64,000 nt of DNA from a virus. Below are positions 19,538 through 29,483 of the stretch, piece by piece (within the stretch, counting starts at the first letter, position 1; each line of letters begins with the position of its first letter). A program made the translations under genes and the position numbers. The stretch lies in the IMG/VR virus record IMGVR_UViG_3300035180_001847, positions 41,456 through 105,455 of that record. One strand, written 5' to 3'. A model generated the notes under the pieces. That model saw only the letters and a program-made list of their open reading frames with translations, was not told the DNA's origin and did not search any database.

Positions 19538-20683
19538 ATGAAAATCTCGAATAAAATTTTAACTTTTGCGGGTGGGGAAGATAAACTTGCTCCTTATTTG
19601 ATGTTTGCTGATTACTGGAATCATTATCGTGCAGAACATAAAAAGGGCGATGATGCCAAAAACATTGATTACCAAAAATTTGATAAGAATGGTAATGTAA
19701 TTAGCTTCTCCCAAAAAGAAGATGAAATGAACAGGGTGCTTCGTGATGAAATTATCAGACAAGCATTCAATGGAATCAATCCAACTGAGAATAGTGTTCT
19801 TCCTTTGGAGGCATGGGCGACCCATCCTACTTTAAGTTGGGCGACATTCTCGGTTGTTTCTGCAATGATCGATATGGTGTTGCCGGATACAATAATTGAG
19901 TCGATTGGTTCTTACACTGATGTTAAAAGTGGAGATTGGGGAGATTCTTTCTCTTTTGATATTACTCCCCGTGATTTGTTTGTTGTGTCAAAGCAGGGGC
20001 GCGATCGCAGAACAACGGAACTTCGCAAACAATATAAAGGTCAGGTAACTGTTGTTCCTGAACCTCGTCAATTGTCTGTAAGTGTTTCATTGTATAGAGT
20101 TTTGGCTGGCAAAGAATCTTTGGCGGAATTTGTTGCAAAAGTTGTTCGTTCACTTGAGTCCCAAATGACGGTGGATGTATACAACACATTTGCTACTGCT
20201 ATGGCCGCTCTCCCAACTTCGCCTGCCAATACGGCCTTGCAGGTTACCGGCTATTCTCAGCAATCTCTGGTTGCTTTGGCTGAACGTGTTGGCGCTTGGA
20301 ATGGCGGAAATCAACCAATTGTGATGGGAACGCGCCTGGCTCTTGCCAAAATTGTTCCTGATAATGCTGGCTGGCGCTATGATACTGAAAGTGATTATGT
20401 CAAGATTGGTTATATTCGCACAATCAGTGGATATGACATCATGATGTTGCCACAAGTTGCGGCATGGAACACTCCTTTTGCAACTGTTATTGACGATTCT
20501 AAATTGTGGATTGTGTCACCTTCTGCTTCAAAACTCGTGAAATTGTGTTTGGAAGGTTCAACTTTGAGTAATGTTAGTACAACTTTCCAAAATGCCAATT
20601 TAACTCAAAGTGCTTCAATCACTAAATCTTATGGAACTGCTATTGCAACTTCCGCAATTGCTGGTGTTGTTGCTTTGCAATAA
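19538..20683 (+). CDS. Major capsid protein
   Basis: 381 aa at the canonical position; strong RBS; terminator follows. Confidence 0.8.
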   Translation: MKISNKILTFAGGEDKLAPYLMFADYWNHYRAEHKKGDDAKNIDYQKFDKNGNVISFSQKEDEMNRVLRDEIIRQAFNGINPTENSVLPLEAWATHPTLSWATFSVVSAMIDMVLPDTIIESIGSYTDVKSGDWGDSFSFDITPRDLFVVSKQGRDRRTTELRKQYKGQVTVVPEPRQLSVSVSLYRVLAGKESLAEFVAKVVRSLESQMTVDVYNTFATAMAALPTSPANTALQVTGYSQQSLVALAERVGAWNGGNQPIVMGTRLALAKIVPDNAGWRYDTESDYVKIGYIRTISGYDIMMLPQVAAWNTPFATVIDDSKLWIVSPSASKLVKLCLEGSTLSNVSTTFQNANLTQSASITKSYGTAIATSAIAGVVALQ

Positions 20684-20691
20684 AAATTAAA

Positions 20692-20723
20692 CATGGGATG
20701 GAAAATAAAATTTCCATCCCATG
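20692..20723 (+). terminator. Hairpin/terminator after the capsid gene
   Basis: CATGGGATGGAAA/TTTCCATCCCATG. Confidence 0.65.
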
Positions 20724-20752
20724 AACATAAAAAATGAAAGAGGAAAAATAAA

Positions 20753-21418
20753 ATGAGTGAGGAAAAAACAACTAAATTAAAATCAGGAAGATTGAATTCC
20801 AAAAAATCTCAAAGAGAAATTGATTTAGAAAAAAAAATTCTTAAAATGCAGGAGCAACTGGAAGCAATAAAAGAGCCTCAAACTGAAGGCTCATCTATTT
20901 CAGAAGAAGAAAGAATTGACCCAACTGAATATATAAAGGTTATGTCATTGACTAATCATCTTTTAAATCTTACAACCCAGCCGAGAGGCGGGGGTAAAAT
21001 ATATTCATTTTCAAAGGGATTTGGTGAAGTAAAAAGAATTCCATATTCTCATCTTGCTGATATTATTGAAAATCATCAATCTTTTGTTGAAGCTGGGAAT
21101 TTTTATATTATGGATAAACGTGTTATATCTCAGCATGGTTTGGATGATGCTTATGAAAAAATTCTTGATAAAGATAAGATTGAACAGATATTCAATGGAA
21201 ATAAGAATGATGCTTTAAATCTTTTTAAAATGGCTAATCCTAAACAGCAAGGAATGATAATTAATATGCTTATTGAAAAATTACGGGATGATCCAGAGTT
21301 TGATTTAAATGTTATTGAAATTATTTCAAAATATTCCAAAGTCAATCTTCAAGAAAAAGCAATTTTCGCAAGAGAATTTATGGAAGATGAAGAGAAAGAT
21401 GAACAAGAAGAAAAATAA
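20753..21418 (+). CDS. Hypothetical head-module protein (YonA-like position)
   Basis: Gene order. Confidence 0.6.
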   Translation: MSEEKTTKLKSGRLNSKKSQREIDLEKKILKMQEQLEAIKEPQTEGSSISEEERIDPTEYIKVMSLTNHLLNLTTQPRGGGKIYSFSKGFGEVKRIPYSHLADIIENHQSFVEAGNFYIMDKRVISQHGLDDAYEKILDKDKIEQIFNGNKNDALNLFKMANPKQQGMIINMLIEKLRDDPEFDLNVIEIISKYSKVNLQEKAIFAREFMEDEEKDEQEEK

Positions 21419-21487
21419 TACGATTCAATTTTTCAAAATTTAGTTGAAGATAGAAATTAGATAATAAAAAATGATGGAGGTTAAAAA

Positions 21488-21955
21488 ATGGGTACTACTT
21501 ATCAGGAAATCAATGACCTCTTCATGCTACAAATTCAGGATTATAGATTAATGGATTTGTATAATACATCCATATTGAATACCACTACGGATTTTGATGT
21601 ATATTTAATGGGTTTTATGCTTTTGGCAATACCCGACTTTATATATTGTACTCAAGACCTTTCAAATAGAGATGATGCAGCCAGAACATTTAATATAGTT
21701 TTGACAGATGAAACAAAAAAGATTTTATCTAAATTTATGGTTTTGGAGTGGTTGGGCAAAGAAGTAAAAGATGTTTTGCAAATGCGTTTGCATGTTCAAG
21801 ATGCAGATTTCAAAACTTTTGCAGAGGCAAATAATCTCAATGCTAAACAAGCATCCTATAATATGTTAAGAGAGGAATGCTCTCAATTATTGACAGACAT
21901 CGCCTATAAAAATAATAATTGGAATAATTGGATTTCTGGGGTTTTTTATCCATAG
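21488..21955 (+). CDS. Putative head-tail adaptor
   Basis: MGTTYQEI..F start, size and position. Confidence 0.6.
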   Translation: MGTTYQEINDLFMLQIQDYRLMDLYNTSILNTTTDFDVYLMGFMLLAIPDFIYCTQDLSNRDDAARTFNIVLTDETKKILSKFMVLEWLGKEVKDVLQMRLHVQDADFKTFAEANNLNAKQASYNMLREECSQLLTDIAYKNNNWNNWISGVFYP

Positions 21956-21964
21956 GTGGGAAAC

Positions 21965-23251
21965 ATGACATATAAATTTATAAATGCATCTAAACCCATG
22001 CAAAAAACTCCAAAGGAAATATTAACTAATGATTTTCAAGAGAATCTAACAGACCAATTTAAGCAATCTACTGATTGGTACACCATCAAAGAAGAATTTC
22101 CATTCGCATCTGGAATTTATAATGATATAGATGTAAGAATAACTCATGCAATCGATAGTGTAACAGGAAAGAATTTGGGCGATGATTTTAAAAACATTTT
22201 ATTTCCAGATTTAAACCATCAATTTCAAATTGGTTCAATGTATTTTTTTGATAAAAATTATTGGATAGTCATAAATAGCGAAATAAAAAGAAATCTTGCG
22301 GCATCTGTTACCATAAAAAGATGTAATGAAGAATTGAGATGGAAAGATAAAATAACGGGAAAGTTTTATTCAGTTCCATGTAGTATTGGTTACGATGTTC
22401 GTATGCCAAGAAATTATTCTACGGCTGGTTCTGCATTGGTTTTGCCTTCAGGATTCGCTGAAGTTATGACTCAGTTTAATGCTGCGACAAATACGATTTA
22501 TCCTAATCAAAGATTTTTATTTGGAAATACGAATAATTGGATTGCGTATGTGATTGAAGGTGGAGGTTTAAATAATTTTCAAAGATTACAAACCACAGAT
22601 GGAATGAGTGCCGGAATACTAAGATTGACTATGAGGACAAATCAAGTCAATGTTGGACAAGATGATTTAATAAATGGGATTGCGGATGCTTTTGAAAATA
22701 TTTACACACTGTCATTAAATACAAATTCCGTGTCCATAACAAAAGACAATAGTTTACAATTGATTGCCAATGTGAAATTGAATGGAGCAAATGTTGATAG
22801 ACCGCTAACTTGGTCAACCAGCGATTCTTTGGTCGCAACAGTGGATTCAAATGGTGTGGTTACAGCAATTGGAGTTGGAAGTTGTATGATAAGTTGCAAT
22901 ATAAGGGACAACGTTGTTGTCAGTGATTCTTGTGCCGTTACTGTAACATTATCTTCTGTGGATAATTATTCTATTATAATGACACCAATTTCAAACTCAA
23001 TTCTTGAAGGACAAACGGTTACATTTACCACAACGTTGATATTTAATGGAAACTCTTTGGCAGATGCATTTACATATTCGATTGATGCTTCAAACACCGT
23101 GCCTCAATCAAATTTTGTATTTACCATTGTGGATGGTCACAGTTTTTCAATTAAAAATAATTCAAAATATCTAATTGCTCCATTGAAAATTATGGCTGTA
23201 TCTGGAACGTATTCTCGAACTTTCGACATTCTTTTGAAGGGAGCGTGGTAA
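21965..23251 (+). CDS. Putative head-closure protein with Ig-like (Big_2) domain
   Basis: LTWSTSDSLVATVDSNGVVTAIGVG Big_2 motif; position. Confidence 0.65.
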   Translation: MTYKFINASKPMQKTPKEILTNDFQENLTDQFKQSTDWYTIKEEFPFASGIYNDIDVRITHAIDSVTGKNLGDDFKNILFPDLNHQFQIGSMYFFDKNYWIVINSEIKRNLAASVTIKRCNEELRWKDKITGKFYSVPCSIGYDVRMPRNYSTAGSALVLPSGFAEVMTQFNAATNTIYPNQRFLFGNTNNWIAYVIEGGGLNNFQRLQTTDGMSAGILRLTMRTNQVNVGQDDLINGIADAFENIYTLSLNTNSVSITKDNSLQLIANVKLNGANVDRPLTWSTSDSLVATVDSNGVVTAIGVGSCMISCNIRDNVVVSDSCAVTVTLSSVDNYSIIMTPISNSILEGQTVTFTTTLIFNGNSLADAFTYSIDASNTVPQSNFVFTIVDGHSFSIKNNSKYLIAPLKIMAVSGTYSRTFDILLKGAW

Positions 23252-23252
23252 T

Positions 23253-23819
23253 ATGAATACGGCAGGAATGATTTCAGATCAAAGTGCATATAACCCATAT
23301 TCCGATCTTCCCAATTTTAGTTACAACATCATTTCTCATCTTATGGGGGCAAATGAGGATTTTTGGCGTTTGATTTACTATAATGACCCCGATGCATGGA
23401 ATGTAAATGTTGATGCAAACCTAACTGCTTCACAAAAGGCATCCCTTATTTTCAATGGAACTGATGACGAAACAAAATTTAGAATTTTTCTGGATGAAGG
23501 ACAAGTAAGTGCATGGCTGGTTGAGGCAACAATTGTCAGAATATTTCCTTATTCTATTTTTTCTGAAAATAGAACGGTTGGTACTTTGACAATGGCTTTT
23601 GATGTTTTCTCTCATTATCGCATAAATACACTTAGTAATTATACGACAAGAATAGATACTTTGTCCCAAATAATTCTTCAAACATTCAATGGGTTTTATA
23701 TAGGCGGGCTTGGAAAATTAACAGTTGATGTTTTAAGTAATAAGCAAGATAGGTTGTATCCATCGGGGCAAATACCATTTAAAGGTAAAAGAATAACAAT
23801 GTCAACGAAAATGGGGTAG
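23253..23819 (+). CDS. Putative tail terminator/neck protein
   Basis: Size and position. Confidence 0.5.
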   Translation: MNTAGMISDQSAYNPYSDLPNFSYNIISHLMGANEDFWRLIYYNDPDAWNVNVDANLTASQKASLIFNGTDDETKFRIFLDEGQVSAWLVEATIVRIFPYSIFSENRTVGTLTMAFDVFSHYRINTLSNYTTRIDTLSQIILQTFNGFYIGGLGKLTVDVLSNKQDRLYPSGQIPFKGKRITMSTKMG

Positions 23820-23823
23820 AAAT

Positions 23824-24603
23824 ATGAATAATTATAGAGACATATATTACATTTATGATAAACCCGTTCCCTATAAAGGTTTAAATATTTATCCAATTAC
23901 AATGGATAAATATTTAGAATTTACATATTTTTCCCAATGCCTATTATTTGAAAAAAATGATTTTGATGCATCTTTATCACTAGAAGAAAAAATGAAAATA
24001 ATATCCATGACGGATTTGGAATACATATATTTAAAAGGTGATAAAAGTAAAATTCCATTGATAACTATGTTAATGAATCTTTTATCTTTGTGTTTTAAGT
24101 TAAAAGATGAGGATAAATTAAAACTAGATTTCGATGATAATGTAAAACCAATAATAATAATAAATGACATTGTTTTAAATTCAAGTGATTTTGATGAAAT
24201 AAAAACAATAATATGTGAGCAAAATCTTGTTGATCTTCCAGATATAAATGTCCAAAAAGAAGTCAGAGATGCAATGAAGCAAGCAAAGGATTATGAACAA
24301 TCTTTATCGGGGAATAAAATGGCCTCGCTCGAAGATTTATTTATTTGCATAATTACATCCACAGCATTAAATTTAGAACAAATTTACGGATTGACAATTA
24401 GAAAATTTATAAAGGTTCTTCAAAGGGCTGATATAAAATTGCATTATCAAATTTATAAAACAGCATCGTTATCTGGAATGGTTACTTTCAAGGAAAATTC
24501 AATAAAACATTGGATGTCAGAAATAAAACCCAATAAAAATGACGGTTTACTTGATAAGGAAGTCGTAGAAAACAAGATAAATAAAATTCAAGGAGGAAGT
24601 TAA
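23824..24603 (+). CDS. Hypothetical tail-module protein
   Basis: Gene order; IKHW C-terminal motif. Confidence 0.55.
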   Translation: MNNYRDIYYIYDKPVPYKGLNIYPITMDKYLEFTYFSQCLLFEKNDFDASLSLEEKMKIISMTDLEYIYLKGDKSKIPLITMLMNLLSLCFKLKDEDKLKLDFDDNVKPIIIINDIVLNSSDFDEIKTIICEQNLVDLPDINVQKEVRDAMKQAKDYEQSLSGNKMASLEDLFICIITSTALNLEQIYGLTIRKFIKVLQRADIKLHYQIYKTASLSGMVTFKENSIKHWMSEIKPNKNDGLLDKEVVENKINKIQGGS

Positions 24604-24606
24604 TAA

Positions 24607-25641
24607 ATGAAAAAATTTATGGTAAGCGTTGCTGATGTTAGAATGTACGACACCAGCAATGGAAATTTACTTGCTATCGGTAAAACATTGTTGGATAGCA
24701 ATGTGACTATGAAGGTGGCAAATACCGATATTCGTGGTGGACGCGGGGCGCAACTTCAAACAATTTATTTCCACTCACCGGATTTGAACTTTGTTGTAAC
24801 TGATACACAATGGAATTTGGATTTCTTATCGGCGACATTGGGAAGCGATATTGTTACTGGCTCTAATGTTTTCACAGAAGAAACAGTGACGTTGGGTGCC
24901 GCTGGGGTTGGAACGGTTTCGGGAACTCCTTTAGCAGTTGATAGTACAACTATTTATGGTTGGGTGACATTGCCAAATGGTGTGGTTGAAAAAGTTGTGT
25001 TTACTGGAAGTGACTTCACATCATCTTTGGGAACTGTTGGGGATGTTGTATGTATTCGTTATTATCATTTGAACAGTTCCGCTCGTTCAGTTACCATTAA
25101 TGCAGATGTTCTTCCAAAGAATGTTCGTTTGGAACTTGAAACGTTATTGGTTTCATCTGCTGCAACAACAAATAGAATTGGTGTTGTTCAGATTTCAGTG
25201 CCAAAGGCTCAATTAACTGGTAATTTTACTTTGACAATGAAATCAGATGGTGTTTCCACTACGCCTTTGGATTTGCGCGCTACTGCTGCCGATGATGCCC
25301 TAAGTGCTGCTTGTAACAATGTTCCTACTTATGCCAAATTGATAGAAATTCTTGATTCCGCGAATTGGTATGATAATTTGCTTGGTTTAAGTATTGAAGG
25401 TGGGGATTTTACTTTAGTTAATCCCGCCACAAAACAACTTTATGTTTACGCCATTCCTCAAAATGGTGCGCCATTCCTAGCACCCACAACGGATTTGACA
25501 TTCACATCTGGAACTGTGGGGACTGCAACAATTAGTTCAACGGGATTGGTTACCACCGTTGCGGCTGGAACTTCCTTGCTGCATGTCACCATAACTGCTG
25601 CACCTCAATATGATGCTTCTGTAACAGTAACTGTTTCGTAA
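24607..25641 (+). CDS. Major tail (tube) protein with C-terminal Ig-like domain
   Basis: DIRGGRG motif; Ig-like ATISSTGLVTTVAAGTS; hairpin downstream. Confidence 0.75.
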   Translation: MKKFMVSVADVRMYDTSNGNLLAIGKTLLDSNVTMKVANTDIRGGRGAQLQTIYFHSPDLNFVVTDTQWNLDFLSATLGSDIVTGSNVFTEETVTLGAAGVGTVSGTPLAVDSTTIYGWVTLPNGVVEKVVFTGSDFTSSLGTVGDVVCIRYYHLNSSARSVTINADVLPKNVRLELETLLVSSAATTNRIGVVQISVPKAQLTGNFTLTMKSDGVSTTPLDLRATAADDALSAACNNVPTYAKLIEILDSANWYDNLLGLSIEGGDFTLVNPATKQLYVYAIPQNGAPFLAPTTDLTFTSGTVGTATISSTGLVTTVAAGTSLLHVTITAAPQYDASVTVTVS

Positions 25642-25652
25642 TAAAATCTTAT

Positions 25653-25686
25653 ATTTATATCCCCATATTATTATGGGGATATAAAT
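25653..25686 (+). terminator. Hairpin/terminator after the tail tube gene
   Basis: ATTTATATCCCCATA/TATGGGGATATAAAT. Confidence 0.65.
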
Positions 25687-25698
25687 TGAACATTTTTT

Positions 25699-26208
25699 AT
25701 GGAAGAAAAATTTTTAGGAGAGGAACGAAGAAAAAATATCAATATGACAGATTATGTTGGTGATGAAAAAAGAATTACAGATTTGTCAGAACGGATGAGA
25801 AAGTTGGAAGACAGGTATATTGAAATGAATACAACTGTGACCAAATCAAATACAGTGATGGATAGGTTTGAATCCACGATGAGCAGGATTCAATCTACAT
25901 TAGATAAATTTGGAGATACAATTGCATCCTTAGATAAAACTTTATCGTCGGTTCAAGTAGAACTACAGCATAATGCAAATGAAATATCTGAGATGAAACT
26001 GGGGTTGAAAAATATAGAAACTAAAGTTGAAGTAATTGATAATAAGAGCAAGGTGGATACTATAAAAATTATTTCTAATAATTGGTGGGGAATCGTGACT
26101 GCCACATCCGTACTCATTATATTGATTTCGTTCGGAAGACAGGTGTGGGAATATTATCTTTCCAAGATGATAACGACAATTCCAATTATCACACCTCTTG
26201 TAAAATAA
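25699..26208 (+). CDS. Coiled-coil protein with C-terminal TM helix (XhlA/holin-like)
   Basis: Heptad-rich body plus WWGIVTATSVLIILISF helix. Confidence 0.55.
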   Translation: MEEKFLGEERRKNINMTDYVGDEKRITDLSERMRKLEDRYIEMNTTVTKSNTVMDRFESTMSRIQSTLDKFGDTIASLDKTLSSVQVELQHNANEISEMKLGLKNIETKVEVIDNKSKVDTIKIISNNWWGIVTATSVLIILISFGRQVWEYYLSKMITTIPIITPLVK

Positions 26209-26216
26209 GAATAAGT

Positions 26217-26242
26217 GTTGATAAAAGAAGTATTTTATCAAC
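26217..26242. repeat. Representative copy of the dispersed palindrome (TTG)ATAAAA-N6-TTTTAT(CAA)
   Basis: GTTG-ATAAAA-GAAGTA-TTTTAT-CAAC; other copies at 7473, 33876, 44545, 45898, 63382 and 63875. Confidence 0.6.
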
Positions 26243-26335
26243 TTCAACACTTATTTTTTTAATTTTTAAGACTATTGTGTGTAGTCTTAATTATACAGAA
26301 TGAAAATAAACGTATGAAGAAAGAGGAGAAAAGAC

Positions 26336-26953
26336 ATGCAAAAGATAAAATTGAATGAAAAACCCTTAAAAACAGTCGAAATTGAGTTTAATGGACAAAA
26401 TATTGAGGTCAAGCCGTATTTTGATTTCAATGAACAATTCGTATTGATTTCCACATTTTTAGATAATTATTTCAAAGAAAGCAAGTTTGGCTCATCTACT
26501 GATTTGCTATCCGCTACTTATACTAATATGTTGGCTGTTTTAGATTTTATGACCAACATAGATGTTGAGCAAATAAAAATCGATAATGTTGTTGGTTCTG
26601 GTCTTTGGGATAAGATTAAAGAATCAATTAAAAATTATTCTGATTTTGAAAGTAATCTAAATGATGCCATTGAATCAAAAAAACAAAAATCGAATGATGT
26701 CATGGGCGCAATTCAATCGGCTATTGAAAAATTTACTGCAATGGATATATCTGATGAGAAACTTTCTGAGACAAAAGAACTTGTAAAAAATTTATCTAAT
26801 CAATTGAATAACACCCCCGTTGGGAAATTAATTTCCACTGGTGTTGTGCCAACTGAAACTAGGGATGAGAACACAAAAGGAAAAAAGAATGTTGCTACCT
26901 CAGCAAAATCAGCAGAAACAACAAAAACTTGGAAAACTAAAAAGAACACTTAG
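26336..26953 (+). CDS. Putative tail assembly chaperone
   Basis: IEVKPY pattern; position after the tail tube gene. Confidence 0.55.
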   Translation: MQKIKLNEKPLKTVEIEFNGQNIEVKPYFDFNEQFVLISTFLDNYFKESKFGSSTDLLSATYTNMLAVLDFMTNIDVEQIKIDNVVGSGLWDKIKESIKNYSDFESNLNDAIESKKQKSNDVMGAIQSAIEKFTAMDISDEKLSETKELVKNLSNQLNNTPVGKLISTGVVPTETRDENTKGKKNVATSAKSAETTKTWKTKKNT

Positions 26954-27140
26954 GGAACTTTGCCCAGATTGTGAAGAAATTAATTTGCAATTGAGGAGTG
27001 ATGAAATAAATATTTTAGTTAAGGGGGAAGAAAGATTTGAAAATAAAGATTATAAATATTGTCCAAAGTGCGGATATAAAGATTATAATATTAAAGGCAG
27101 GAAAAAGAATCACAGGATTGTTTTGGAAGATGATGAATAG
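26889..27140 (+). CDS. Small zinc-ribbon protein (start uncertain)
   Basis: CPDC...CPKC; AAGGA upstream of ATG 26889. Confidence 0.5.
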   Translation: MLLPQQNQQKQQKLGKLKRTLRELCPDCEEINLQLRSDEINILVKGEERFENKDYKYCPKCGYKDYNIKGRKKNHRIVLEDDE

Positions 27141-27164
27141 TTGGACATTCGGGAGATGATTTGA

Positions 27165-27740
27165 TTGGCAGATATAAATAATGATGATGCTTTACGAGCA
27201 GTAATGGAAGACATTGTTGCCCAAGTGATAAAAATAGTTTCAGATAGATTGGTCACCATGCTTCGAGAAGACATAAATATTTTTACATATACCATTGGAA
27301 GTTCAACGTTTCCCAATTTAGTGTATAGAACAGTTGGAAATAAATTAAGAGAAAAATATCCCACTCTTTCAAAATATATTTTGGGTTCAGATGAAGTGGC
27401 TAATGCTGGATACAGAAGAGAAGCCAATGGAATAAGAGATAAATATCCATCATTTGAATTTAGAGATGCCTTTCATTTTTCAGATATTACCATAAACATG
27501 CAGGAAGTGTCTAGTGAACTTGATTATCATTGGAATGAGATGACGGTTGATAAATCTACTGGACAGCATTGGGATGGAGAAGATAGCAGAGAAAGACTTG
27601 CGGACATTTTAAATGTTTCTGGATTTGAATCGGGAAAAATTCGTGCGCCGTTCTGGGATATTTTTATAAGTCAAGTAGATACAAACATAGATGAATATTT
27701 TCAAGAAGCATTTCAATCATTAGGGATTCAAATAGCATAA
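27165..27740 (+). CDS. Hypothetical tail-completion-like protein
   Basis: RAPFW near the C-terminus, as in HK97 gp10-like proteins; position. Confidence 0.5.
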   Translation: MADINNDDALRAVMEDIVAQVIKIVSDRLVTMLREDINIFTYTIGSSTFPNLVYRTVGNKLREKYPTLSKYILGSDEVANAGYRREANGIRDKYPSFEFRDAFHFSDITINMQEVSSELDYHWNEMTVDKSTGQHWDGEDSRERLADILNVSGFESGKIRAPFWDIFISQVDTNIDEYFQEAFQSLGIQIA

Positions 27741-27797
27741 TTTTTTATTTATGAATTATGCTATTTGAATAAAATCAAATTTCATTAGGAGAAAAAG

Positions 27798-28259
27798 ATG
27801 GAGTATATTTTAGCATTAGATTTGTCGTTGAGTTGCATTGGTTGCGCCCTATTTAGTCAAGATGGAATTTTACAGAAATTAATTTCCATAGAAACCGATC
27901 CCAAATCGGAAACAAAAATTAGACTAAAAAAGATTGCAGATGAATTTATAAAAATTAAAAAAGAGTATAAGCCCAAAATAGTTTTAATAGAGCAGGGATT
28001 TTATCGTTTTAATATAAGTACCGAACAAATTTTCAGGGTTCATGGTATTGCAAATTATATTTTTTACAACGCAGAACAAGTTTATTATCATTCAACAACA
28101 ATTAGAAAAATTGTTGCTGGCAAGGGTAATATTAAGAAAGATGAATTAAGAAATTTTATAATAAATAAATACGGCAATATTGATTTTAAAAATTTTGATG
28201 AAAGCGATGCGGTAGGAGTTGGATTATGCTTTTTTATCAAAGAAGGAATTTTGAAATGA
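27798..28259 (+). CDS. ruvC: RuvC-like Holliday junction resolvase
   Basis: ILALDLSL..IG, VLIEQ, GKGN..K, DESDA acidic tetrad. Confidence 0.85.
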   Translation: MEYILALDLSLSCIGCALFSQDGILQKLISIETDPKSETKIRLKKIADEFIKIKKEYKPKIVLIEQGFYRFNISTEQIFRVHGIANYIFYNAEQVYYHSTTIRKIVAGKGNIKKDELRNFIINKYGNIDFKNFDESDAVGVGLCFFIKEGILK

Positions 28260-28420
28260 ATGTAACGGCGATGAAAATTTGTTGTATTAAAAAATAAAAT
28301 GAATGATAAAAAATGGATTATGCGTTCCCCAAATATGTATTATAAATAGCTGATTTATTTCATTGAATCCGCTTTATTTTCTAAAATATCACTTGGAAAG
28401 AGGAGAGAACAAATAAAAAA

Positions 28421-29425
28421 ATGGCGAAAATTAAATCGATTGAAATAACAAATGAACAATGGCAATCCGTTAATCCACGCAACCGAAAAATAACGGATGA
28501 ATTTCTTCGAGAAAGTATGCAACTTTCAGACCAAACCTTGAAGCAATATTCTTCCGCTCTTCAAATTTATTTTTATTGGGTGAAAACGGAATGTGAAGAT
28601 AAGGATTTCGATAAACTTAAAAGTAAAGATTTTTTGATGTTTCAAAATTATCTAATAAGAAGGGGGCTGTCATCTTCTGCTATTAGACTTAAACGAGCGG
28701 CTGTTTCATCTTTGAATCAATATGTTGAGACATATTTTGAAGATTTGAATTTTAAAAATTATATAACTAAAAAAATTCCTGCGCCAGCAATGGTGTTTGT
28801 AAATGAAAAGAAGCCCCCCACTCTTGAAGAATATGAAATGATTTGTGCCAAGCTGGAAGAAATGCAGGAATGGCAAAAATTGGCTTATCTACGCTTTACA
28901 TTTACAACTGGATGCCGAAGGAGCGAATCGGTTCAGTTATTAAAAAGTATTGTTGATTCTGAAAAGAAAATTGTTGAAGTAAAAACAAAAGATGAGAACG
29001 GTAATCCCATAATTAAACAAGCGTCTTTTTATGTTACCAATCCCATACGATGTAAGGGCAGGGGAAAAGCTGGAAAGATTCGCACATTTCAGATGGATGA
29101 GGCGGCCATGCTTGCAATTAAAAAATGGTTGTCTGTTCGCGGAAATGATGATTGTGAATATGTTTTTGTTTCTAATATAAAAGGAAAAATAAAACAATTA
29201 AATCCAGCGACTTTAAATAAATGGTCGAAAGGATTGTTTACAGAGATTTTAGGAAGAAGATTTCACCCCCACATTTTAAGAGAAGCAAGGGCAACAAGTC
29301 TTGTCGTTGAAGGTGGGAAAGATATAAAAGTTGTTCAAAAATTATTAGGCCACAATAGTCCTCAAACTTCCGAAATTTATGTAATTAGAAATGATGAAGA
29401 TATGAGCGATGAGGCATTTACATAA
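28421..29425 (+). CDS. Tyrosine recombinase (YomM/XerD-like)
   Basis: N-terminal SAM-like domain; TGCRRSE, KG, HILR, LGH and Y catalytic set. Confidence 0.9.
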   Translation: MAKIKSIEITNEQWQSVNPRNRKITDEFLRESMQLSDQTLKQYSSALQIYFYWVKTECEDKDFDKLKSKDFLMFQNYLIRRGLSSSAIRLKRAAVSSLNQYVETYFEDLNFKNYITKKIPAPAMVFVNEKKPPTLEEYEMICAKLEEMQEWQKLAYLRFTFTTGCRRSESVQLLKSIVDSEKKIVEVKTKDENGNPIIKQASFYVTNPIRCKGRGKAGKIRTFQMDEAAMLAIKKWLSVRGNDDCEYVFVSNIKGKIKQLNPATLNKWSKGLFTEILGRRFHPHILREARATSLVVEGGKDIKVVQKLLGHNSPQTSEIYVIRNDEDMSDEAFT

Positions 29426-29483
29426 AAACAAATAATAAAAATTTATTCGTCTTTTCACAGGCGATTCGCAAGGAGGTCATTTA

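Noticed and set aside
26841-27140. Programmed -1 frameshift tail-chaperone extension
   Set aside because: The overlapping ORF is in the +1 frame, has its own plausible RBS/ATG, encodes a zinc ribbon and is not adjacent to the tape measure gene.
28421-29425. Recombinase as the integron integrase for the attC arrays
   Set aside because: Lacks the IntI-specific insertion, lies far from both arrays with no attI seen, and occupies the yomM-like position.
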